A stretch of DNA of 63,739 nt, counting the filler, from Sluysia triapertura (Eukaryota): the NCBI GenBank assembly GCA_046118255.1. It is 5 parts of 5 records of this genome, joined end to end, with 100 filler letters (N's around TTAATTAATTAA, not from the genome) between each part and the next. Parts side by side here need not be neighbours in the genome. Positions count along the whole stretch, not along the records: positions 52,881 to 63,739 come from JBJNIA010192483.1; 4 more parts are not named here. One strand, given 5' to 3'. The notes under the pieces were generated by a model. That model saw nothing but the letters and a program-made list of their open reading frames with translations. It did not search any database and was not told where the DNA came from. Below, piece by piece: positions 52,881 to 63,739 of the stretch. Made by a program: the position numbers and the translations under genes. Numbering within the stretch: position 1 is the stretch's first letter; each line of letters opens with the position of its first letter.

Positions 52881-54660
52881 AGTTCTTTCTGTTTCAGAAA
52901 TATTATGGTGAATGATTTACCTTAAGCGCTTTTGAGTACTTTCGCAGTAGATATGAGAGCAATATAAATTAATATATTATTATTATCTTATATTTTTGAT
53001 ATAAAATGTTTGATCCATGCACTGAAATCAAAATAAGGTTCAGAAAGAGAAATTCATTTGGATGTTAGACACAAAGAGTTGCTTTCACCAGAATTTAAGA
53101 ATTTCGATGAGTGAAAATATAAACAAGCCATTTTAATTTTTATCCTTCTTTTTTTAGACAGTCCTAATAAAATAATATGAGTATTATTATAATAAATTAA
53201 GTTTATTTCTAATCTTCAATTTTAAAAATTTCATGTATTTTATATTTTTCTGATCCCCTGTGAGTTGATTCGTATTTTACATTGTTTTAGATTGCCCTTG
53301 ATTCACAGTCGTGATAGTACCACATATTATTACAGAAATCATTTTTACATTTTAAATCATGTTTATATTTTAAATCATATGATTAAAATAATTCATGTCA
53401 AAACAGTCGCTGAGTTTGGATGTTTTGGGCAGTGATGGAACAGATGAATTTGAGCCTGATCTGCATACTTTGTCAACATTCAAAATCTACTCAGCGTGGT
53501 ATCAAATATGTCAGTATGAATGTATAGTCTAAGGTGTCAGAATTACCTGCTACAGGATTACTACTCGGTGTCCTAACGATTCACAGTCGTGACAGTACAG
53601 TGCCTTATTACGTTTACATTTCAAATCAAATGAAACATTTCACGATAGTCTTTATCGTTAGCCTGAACGAACTGATTTTAATGATAGCGAAGCTTTTAAT
53701 CCTTCTGTGTTTTATTATAGAAATCTTGTTTACACTTTTAATCTTACGATTATTTCTGATTATTTTTATAAAATATTAATTATAAAAATTTTTATGATTT
53801 TAGAAAAATTGATATTCTGGCAAGCTTCATTTCTTCTACCATTACAGTATGTTAGTGACATTAGAAAAAATTCAGTTCATACTAATTCAAATGTGATATA
53901 TGAACTTTGTTATAAGCAATCTATCTATTCATTTATGTGTAATTAAAATAAAATTCGTTTTTATTATTGATAATTTAAACTACGAAAATTGTAACAAATT
54001 AGCTAAATACCTTAAGCGCGACAATAAGTTTTTAATAATGAATATAAGAACCAATTAATAATAAAATCAATAAAATTAATCAGTATAAATCTACAATATA
54101 CTTCTCACTAAACTTATTTAATCAAATTTTCTAAGGTACAAACTTTTATAAATGAAAAAGAATAAAACAGAAATAATAATGATAATAAAAGAAAGGTTTG
54201 ATGATTAAAACTTTGTTGCAGTTTTAATTTCGTAATAATTAAAGATTTTAAAAATTAATCTGGAATGAAAATATTATTATAAAATTGAGTTGAAATTACC
54301 TTCATAGAAAGAACTGAATTAAAATTGTGTAATTGAATTAGTTTGTTGCGCGAATGATCGCTAGGAAAATATAACTCCTTGATCAGAAAAAGTGCTATGT
54401 CCAAAAAACGATTAATAAATTATTGAACAAAGGCGTTTACCAGTTGTATATAACTAGATTATGATTGTGTACTTTCGTTATAATTATACGTATTCTGAAA
54501 GTTTTATGATTCAACTACAGATATGTATTAGCCAGCAGCCAATCAAAAACCAATAGAATAAAAACGAACTTTTAGAATATTTCTTCATTTTTAGAAAATA
54601 ATTGTTTTGCAAAAGGAACGATGACAACCTAACAAAATAAAATGAAATAAAAATAAGGTT

Positions 54661-54975
54661 TGTAGTGTCCAACTCATTCATCAACCTCTAACAAACGCAA
54701 CCACAAATTTCCCATACACAGTACAGCTTCACCACATCTTTCACATAGACTAACACTTAGGATAAAATGCACCTTGCCACACCTTGCACACATAACAACA
54801 CCTAAAACATAACACATCTTAATCATATTAGACTAACAACTCTTAACTTAAATAGAATATTATATATATTCACATTATGACAATTATCATTCAACGATAC
54901 TTTTAATCCGCCCATATCGCCCCACCCAGATACACCAACATTGTATTAATTTTCACATCCTCCTTTATTTTATAA
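54661..54975 (+). repeat. TGTAGTG-headed C/A-skewed repeat
   Basis: TGTAGTGTCCAACTC followed by about 300 nt of G-poor sequence, like the 11944 copy. Confidence 0.45.
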
Positions 54976-54994
54976 TTTATAATGACAATAAATA

Positions 54995-55766
54995 AGCGTA
55001 TAAGTGTCGCTTTGGAAGAAAGTCGTAGTTTTAAAATTATAACAATAATTTTATATGTTGTTTAAAGACGTTTTAGTATTTGCAAAAGCAAAATTTGATG
55101 AATCTCTTGAAGTTGTTCGATATATTGTGTATGGAAACCCATTACCAACTTCCAGACTAATTCTAGAAGATATTGACGATGGTGAAATTAAAGTGGGATC
55201 ATTTCGAAATACTTTTGTGACAGATCGTTGCAGCAAAAATGTTTTTCGTTTAACTCTTTTGTCAGATTTAATTCGGGAATCGGAGTTATCGGGTGATAAT
55301 AATAAATTTCACAATCATCATCATTCTCAACAGCAGCAACAACAACACAATAAATTGAAAACAAATTCTTCTACAGTTTCAACTGCTAATTATAAAGAAA
55401 ACATAATCAATAGTGACTGTAATACAATTATAGTTACTACTAAAAACTTCTCATTCATCTTCATCTTCCCCTTCACTGCCATCACCAGCTTTATCATTAG
55501 CTTCATCAGATGATATTTTACTACACAACATCATCACCAATCAAATTATCATAATAATCGCACGAGTTCTCGAGAAGTGGACAATCAAAACAGTCAAGAA
55601 TGCCGTCTGTTAAAAAATGCAGACTATTGTTCAGGTAGAAACTTTCGAAGAAAAACAATTATGGATTAGCAATTTACGTAAATTGGTAGCTAGAGAAATT
55701 ACAAAGTCTGTTACAAGTTCTATAATATCAGCAAATACAAGCATTAATATTAATTCAATTAAATGA
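54995..55766 (+). pseudogene. NET1/ARHGEF3-type RhoGEF PH-domain fragment, frameshifted
   Basis: LFKDVLVF...YIVYGNPLPTSRLILEDIDDGEIKVGSFRNTF...KNVFRL parallels NET1 LFQDILVL...YQVYRQPIPVQELVLEDLQDGDVRMGGSFRGAF...KNIFRI. The terminal helix QVETFEEKQLWISNLR lies in another frame at 55617-55766. Confidence 0.82.
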
Positions 55767-56210
55767 TTGTATTGGGCATAATATCGTTTAATAATTGTGA
55801 TAATTCGTTATTTTATCAACATAATCTGTTTTCATTTGTTTCAAATAATACACATTGTGAAGTAAGTATATTAGACATTTTTACTAATTATCAAAAAAAT
55901 TTATCACATGTATATAAGTTTGTTTATATGTGCTTTACTTTAAATTTTCGTGGATAGATTTTATTTTTCGGTTAGTTTCATGAATGTGTTATCAATTATG
56001 TTGGTCTAACTGACTTATAATTAGTCTTTTTGATTTGATTTGATTTGTAAATTTGAGCTTAGTTTTTATTTGTCCCAAGTGTAATTTATGAACTTAAATT
56101 CCATCGAAGTCTGACTCTTTATCTCTAGATAAATTAAATTTTATTTCAAAGTATTTAAAAAATTGGTAATAAAATAATATTGCTGGTGTTTTTATATAAT
56201 TTAGCTTACA

Positions 56211-56269
56211 CTTAACAGCAAATTATCTGAGGGTTCAGTCCACCTAATATATACGCTTTATACCAATTC
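56211..56269 (-). repeat. Second copy of the MULE-like terminal sequence
   Basis: Reverse complement GAATTGGTATAAAGCGTATATATTAGGTGGAC...GATAATTTG matches 41703-41755. Confidence 0.85.
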
Positions 56270-59200
56270 TGGAGACGTACTATTAGGATTTTAAATCAAG
56301 TAACTTAGCTTAAATTACTAATCAATATAACTAAGTAAACTCGACTCAACTGCTTGAATCTTTTGATTTTAGTTAAGTTATACAACCCTTTTATTAAGGT
56401 GTTGTTGCGAAATAAGGATTTTAACTTAGCGATTTATTTAGTTATACGAATTCTTCAATTTAATTTAAATTATAAATTCAATGATAACTATTAAACTATC
56501 TAATAATTTATTCTTTACCAAATACGAACAAAAACTAATATACAAAACAAACGTATAATATCAATATGATTTTAAAATAATTCAATCTCTAGATTGATTA
56601 TATATTTTAAACTTGAAAATTACCTAAGATTTTAGATATTCCCACTTGCGTCAGTGACTTGTGTTAATAACTTTGCGTCTAAACTGTTTTAAGTTATTCT
56701 ATTTATACTTGGACAAAAATTTATTAATTTTTCCTTCGTGAATAATTAAATTTTTTCTAAAAATAATTTTTCTTTATTAAAATTTTACTAAAAATAAACT
56801 AAAATAATTTTTCTTAATCCTGAAAATAAATTTAAATAAATTATTTAATTTAAGCAAAAATAAAAATTTACTTAATTTTCTTTGTTTAAACGAAATTTAT
56901 TTTTCTTTAATTTATATTTCTATCTTTTTAATTTTTTTATAATTTTTTATTTATTTAATTTTATATTTTTATTTTAGCTATAATAATAATATTTATAAAA
57001 TAATATTATAAAAACACAAATAAAATAAACATAAATAAATTACACCTTTACAATATATTACAAGGGGATGCAGTTGCTTTAAACTGATAAAATGTTATTA
57101 ATTTACGTTATAATTTTTAAAATTTTATCAAGTAATCGATTCGAATTAAATTTTAGAGATTTCATAGCCTATTTAACAAGTCTTATTAGTTGAATAATCA
57201 AAGTATATCACTTATCAAATGTGGAATGAATATTAAGAGTCTAAGTAATTGTGCATATTCGTGGAAGTATGGCCAATATATTTAATTTTCAGTCATATTA
57301 TTTGTTTGGCCGTATTACGGTCGTTTATCTTAGTTTATTTAATTCTTCATTTCCATTTTAATAAAATTTTACCTTTTTTCGTCCTTTCGAAGTTGTTTGA
57401 TTTGTAATCTTTTAATCAAATGTAGCATCTTTTAATCAATCTTTTAATTAAATGTAGCATCTTCAAATCTACGTTTTTTGCGTTCCATTTTAGAACATTT
57501 TAATTTGTTTATTTTGTGGCTAATTATGTTTGATTTTATTTTAATTATATTTTTATTGTAAAGTTACTCACATGTTTTTTAGATTTATTTAGAAATTATA
57601 ATTTAATTTTTCGTTTTAATTATTAATTTTATTTTAAGATTACTATGGTTTTAAAATTAAATTCTGATTATTTTATAATTTCACATAATTATATGTTATA
57701 TATCGATAGTGATATTTTATTTAGGAATTCATTGTTTTTTTACTGCAGAGAAATTATTTTAGAATGGAATTTAAAAATTTATTGGCCATAGTGTAACATT
57801 TGTTAAAAATAATACTACATAACATAAATAAGTAAATAAAAAAAACAAGAATTTTTCCTGTTGTGGGTTTAATCAAGATAATTATTTGACAATTATCTTT
57901 GGTAATATTAATTATTTGTGGTTAAATCCACACGAGTTTATTGATCAAGTGATGCGTTTGCACAGTATCTTAATTTATCAAAAATCATTCAAAACAATAA
58001 AGTATTACAAATACAAGTGGCCTTTTTTGTGCTTAATTTAAATAATAATAACTCTAATATTTTCAAGAAAAGCTTATAAATTCGAAAAGAGAATAGAATA
58101 GTTTAATAAACCTTTGAAATTTGTTTTTTGAAATATTTATATATATTGAATATACTAGTATGTTAAATGTTTGATTTATTTCGGAAACATAAAGAGTTGA
58201 AACTTTAACATTTTAATTAATTAAATTTCTACCATGTGAGACGAGTTCACAATGGACCTGCACGATATAGATACTAATTATAAGCAAGTAAATTTATGCA
58301 AGTAAGTTAGCATTTTTTAAAATTAAATGATTTGTCATAATTTTTAAAGAAAACGTAAAATCTATTCGATTATAAATTCTCTTCAAATGAATCGAACTAT
58401 TATAAAAAAATTGTCACAGCACGTTATAAATGAAAGAAAGATTTAACAAATCTAGTGCTAATACCTCATTCAATATGTGGATCTTGTTTTCGAGTTATTT
58501 TATAACAATAATAATTAAATAACAATTCAATAATTAAAAGATTGAGTTAACTGTACTAATTTTTTAAATAATTTTCATTCTGTTTTCTTTAATTTTTAAC
58601 AGTTCAACTTATAAAGTTATAAATTATAAATTAACATCATTGATATCTACGATTTTAGTGAACTAATTTTTAAAATTATGTTAAAACTAATATCTTGTTA
58701 ATATACGTAATATGATATTTTTATTAATTGATGTTTTTTTGCAAATGAATAAATATGAATTAATTTGACTATTTATTAGTTGGTGAATCTTTATTTCATT
58801 TTTAATATTTTAAAACGATTTGATAAAAAATAATTAATATTTAAATTATAATTATGTATATAAATCATTTCTGTGAATAATTTGAATTACTTGAACATTT
58901 CAATAATCAAGAAAGATTTATGATTAGTCAAATCACAGATTAAGTTATCCATCATTTATTAATGTAGCAATTGAAGTTTAAAATTATCTCTATATGACGA
59001 ATAATTACAATAAAGAATAAAATATTACCTCAAATATGGATTTAGAAAATTCCAAGAACGGTTGCTGTGTTCTTATTTTACTGTGTTAGATTCTGATTCG
59101 TGATTTTGCAAGATATATTTATTCATTAGTTTAGTTGCTTATATTATGATGAGTTATAACATTTACCATATTAGCCACAAGTTGTGTATCATTTTGTAAT

Positions 59201-62200
59201 AAAATAAAAAGTAATATGTATCCTACATTATAAAATTTTAATTAAACATATTTGGATTTTACAATAATGGTACATTATAATTATTACTTATAGTTATTTA
59301 TTCTGATAGACAACAATGAAGGAAATATTTTAAAATTTATCTGGATTTAAGTTTCGAATTAGATATTATTTACATTTTAAATCATAATTCAAATAAATGA
59401 TAAATTTATTAAATAAGTTAACGTATTTATTATTTAGGAAATAGTCCTTTTGTTTTCTCTATTACAGCTAGGAGACCAGGAATCGAACGATAAATATTGT
59501 TAGAATAAAAATAATTTAATAATAATAATAATAATAATATTAAATTAGGACTTTCTACTTGACTTTGTGTGCTAAGATCGCAACTTGAGTTTAAGATAAT
59601 TATTTTCTAACACTTATAATAATAACCGGATATTGCTGTTCACTTGTCTCTGGTGTAAGAGATGGAGTGCAATTTTGTTTGATTAATGTCAAAATTTAAG
59701 TTCTTAAAATCACATAATATTATCTGACTAAAAATTTATTTATCAAACATAAGTCACAATTATAAAGTCTCTAAAATTATTCAAATAATATTCACAATAT
59801 AAAATATACCACATGTAGTTATGTTTTGGGTATAAGTTTAGATTTAACACTTTATTTTAAATAAATAAATATTGTGATAAATTTTCAAAGTTAAATGTTA
59901 ATGTATTTTAAATTATAAAATGTCGGTTTTTCAAATAACATTAGATATCAAATACCTTTGATTCGGACAATAATTTTAATACCAAATACCTCCTTCAATA
60001 AATAACTGGAACAATAGTCGAATATCAAATAACTTCAATAAATAATTGAAATCGTTGACTGGAACCCATCTGTTTATACTCGATTTTTCCATAATAACCA
60101 CATTTTTTAATTTTTGTAATACAGTAAAATTACTTTTTGGATATTTTATTTACACTATAGTTTGATTTCATTTACACTATAGTTATTATTTTATAGTATA
60201 TATGTTATTATTTTTCTCTTAATTTTAATTGCTATTATTTTATTCACTTTATTGTTTACTATTATGTTATTACTTTTTGACTTAATTTACATTTTATTTT
60301 TCTATATTATAAATTTTAACAATAATTTTATTGTTTTTTATTGCAGGTTTTTAATAGAATTAAATTTAAGATAATTTCACAAATAAACTTTACTATTAAT
60401 AAACAATCATTACAATATCTTTTACGGTAATAGGAGGAGTAATATTGCATTCTTTTACAATATTATTTCATAAATCATCTTTCTTAATAGATTTTATTTT
60501 AGAAACTTTACTTTAGAAATTGCCAACTGATTTTCAATAACTAATCATTGCTATTTTTTTCGAATCAAGATAAATCATTGTATTTTGTGATTCATGACAT
60601 TTAGTTGATTTTAATATTCTTTGATATTTGTCAATAGTTCGTTGCCGTCACATCATCTGGCATCTCATACGAAAACAAAAAGATGTTACAGTAGACGACT
60701 TACAACATAGAGTTGATGTTCCTGTAACTATAAGTTAACAAATCTTAGCGTACAATTTATCTTTAATTTACTAAGTTACTTAGATATTATTCCTAGAGGA
60801 TCTTAAATCTAATTCCTCTTTTTATTCAATTTAACTCTAATAATATCTAAAATGATCTCACTCCTTTACTTTATTCTAATAATTCTAGGATTAGTAAGAT
60901 ACGAGATTTTACACCTATTTCTAACCTCTCAGAAACTTTCTTAAGTGTTAGAGTAACCAAAAGTCACTGAGGCAATTAGGATTTGTTTAGGTAAATTTTG
61001 AGTATTTGCTGCATTGTGTGTAGGAGAATTATTATGAAGATAAAACATCTGGGATACCTTTGAACTGAACTAACTTTGTTGATAAATCATATTATTGCGA
61101 ATTTTTCATAAATAAATATATTAATAACACAAAACATCCAGTTTGTTAATTTGGTTATTATATAACTTTTCACAAAAAATTAACAATTTAGCTTTTTTCA
61201 TTAATAAGCGTACTATTTAATGGATGAACCGCAGACATACATTATAAAAATAATTGTTTTAATGTATATATCATTTAGGAAACATATTGTTACTATTTAA
61301 TTTTTATGAATTGATGCAAAATGTTTGGCCAATACTACATTTGTTGCGACATTTATTTTGTATCATAATTTAATATTCAAATTAGAAATGTTGCCACTAA
61401 TGTGTGGAAAATATTAAAGACAATTCTAATACTTTCTGTTATTTTGTCATTTATGATTATTTTGATTTATTAAAATTGATTTTGTTTACTAGAAGCGAAA
61501 GAAAATTATCAGATATTGAAATTCAGGTGATTTATTGTGATACTTTTTATCATCGTCCTAAAATTATTTTTTTCTGGTACAATTTGTACAATTTAAAACT
61601 CATTTAACTCGTTGACTCTTACACGCTTTTTATATTATGAGCTCAGAAAGCCGCAATAAAACTTCGATCATTCTTTGGATATAATGTTGAAATACATTAC
61701 ATTTCACACTATAATTCTAACCACGTATTTTATTCAATTATATCTGCCTTGTTAGTTAGTATTTGTTTGTGTCTGATTATTCATTTTAGCGTATTTTTCA
61801 AGTATTATTGGCGTCAACGTTTAATCCCTAACTAATTTTTAGTGCTAATTAAGTGTGATGAATTTTTGCTTTGAGTACTGTTTGGTGTTTAAGAAGATAT
61901 TTCTTGAGTTATTTAAACGTTTGCTTATAGTTATAAAGTGCTCATTGATTTTTTGATGTATATAAAACGTACAGTACTGTTTTCTTTAGAATTTTGTATA
62001 ATTTTATTTTAAAACCTTTAATTACAAGTTTAAAAATTATTATTCTTAGAATAATAAAAATAATTAATTTATATAATTCTAAAATATTAATAATACATTA
62101 CAAAAGTAAAATAATCTTTTAAATGAATTAATATTTTATATAATCCACATTTTTATTTATTCATTTCCAATTACACTAGGCATATTGGAACACTTTTCTC

Positions 62201-63189
62201 TATTAATTTGTTACCAACTAATATAGATTTCAATTTGGTTACCGATAAAATATATTTTAAAGTGTGTATTGTTATACAATTATTTTGCACAAAATTCAAA
62301 ATTGTTTTTTATTTACTTTCTACTTACAAAAATACATTATTTCGCGATTCGCACATTTCATGAGCAAGAAATTCTTATTATAAAAATAAAAACTCTAGCA
62401 AACCTTTTCTAAAAAACAAATGATGCATTATTAATGTAATAAATTTTGTTATTACTTTAAATTGAATTGATTTTATGAAACTTTAAAGTAACTTTATTAA
62501 TAATCCATGATTATTATTCGCCTTAAAATTTATCATAAATTTTATAGAGATCTAAACCATTATCAAATTCTAAATGACATCAAATTACTGTTAGTTTCTT
62601 ACGTAAATTGCGATTATTGTAATATTATTGTAACATTAATGAAATTTTATGGAATTAACATGCTTACTTATTTTGCCGTCGCTTTACGAATTTTAAAAAT
62701 TAACTTGTTAAAGAAAAATCATAAATTTATAACGCATTCATTTAGTAAAGATATAAGTGTAACAATGTTATCGTGTTGCACAGTGCAAAAATGTATGACC
62801 AGCGGTTTAGCGAGAGTATGTATAACCACATTAAATACCGGGCCTTTAGGTGTTAATCCGTTTTTTAAATTTTTTTAAACTTTTTCGTTTTTAAATTTTA
62901 GTAAAACTTTTACTTTTAATTCAATTTACTTTTGTATTCACTTCATACTTTGTCCAGTAAATGTTTAATATAAACAGTCTTTATCTGATTCTGCTGATTT
63001 AATGTTTCAATATAAAATGAAGTTTAATCAATGAATATTTATTTAAAAAATGCTAAATTATTTCAATAATTATCAAATTTTAGTGAGTTATAAAAGGGAT
63101 TTTACTGATAAAAAAATTAATCTAATTCTAAGTTCTATAAAATTAGATATAGTACTTAAGTATGAAAAATTCATTTGATAAGGAGTTTC

Positions 63190-63420
63190 AATCCAATTAG
63201 TAAAATCAGTTATTCCGAAATGATGATATTGTTTCAACAATTCTGGAAAAAATCAATATCAAGGTGGAAATCCAAACAAAATTTTGTGCACCACTGTAAT
63301 TTCTTTCAATTTTCTTTTAATTTCTTTAGAAAAATCCATCTCATACAGTATTTTCATGAGCATTTTGTTATGGCCAAAAATTTATGCACTATTTTCTATA
63401 ATAGTTATCACAGTTAATCT
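63190..63420 (-). mobile_element. Decayed hAT (SCAND3/Buster-like) C-terminal trace
   Basis: KILFGFPP and FSRIVETISSFRNN resemble KxLxxFPxxYLxExxFS...KxRNRL. Confidence 0.3.
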
Positions 63421-63739
63421 TACTTTTTGATCAATTTTTACTCTATATTGATATACATATTTCCCGCCTTATTCTACAATCTTCTCATTCACTTGGTCGT
63501 TTTATTTCATGTAATAGATATTCACATTCTAAGTTGAAAAATTTAATAGAACATTTACATCAGCTTTAATTTACATGTTAATTTAATGTCTATCTTATAT
63601 GCATTCATTATATTAATTATAGTGTAATAATATATTTTTATAGGATTTAATTTATATAATTGATTATTTTACAACTTATACACTAATGTAAAAATCTATC
63701 TTGGTCTTTATCCTTTATTTCTTTATTTAATTTTGATTA

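Overview
AT-rich eukaryotic (animal-type) genomic DNA, not prokaryotic. The window is five contigs joined by artificial 100-nt spacers (N44-TTAATTAATTAA-N44 at 13317, 24886, 41603, 52781), so adjacency across a spacer means nothing. Three genes could be rebuilt with GT-AG introns: a partial RAD54B-like SNF2 helicase (4 exons, 13763-22440, +), a divergent CLK/LAMMER kinase (2 exons, 397 aa, -), and a FUBP/KHSRP/Psi-family protein (6 exons, 516 aa, +) with 32-35-nt introns and only three KH domains. The rest is decayed mobile DNA (NeSL/Utopia-type RLE retrotransposon end, mariner, hATs, a FLYWCH/MULE element, Gypsy and BEL traces, TTAA MITEs, a Polinton/Maverick remnant) and broken fragments of host genes (sortilin, importin-5, NET1/ARHGEF3, a STRAD-like pseudokinase/WD40 ORF). 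Best candidates for something undescribed: (1) a 98-bp element in four copies, made of a tRNA-like Pol III unit enclosed by TGTTAGAC...GTCTAACA inverted repeats; (2) about seven TGTRGT-headed, C/A-skewed segments that often lie just 5' of host-gene fragments, possibly a gene-capturing element. All homology calls are by eye from remembered family motifs; no searches were run.
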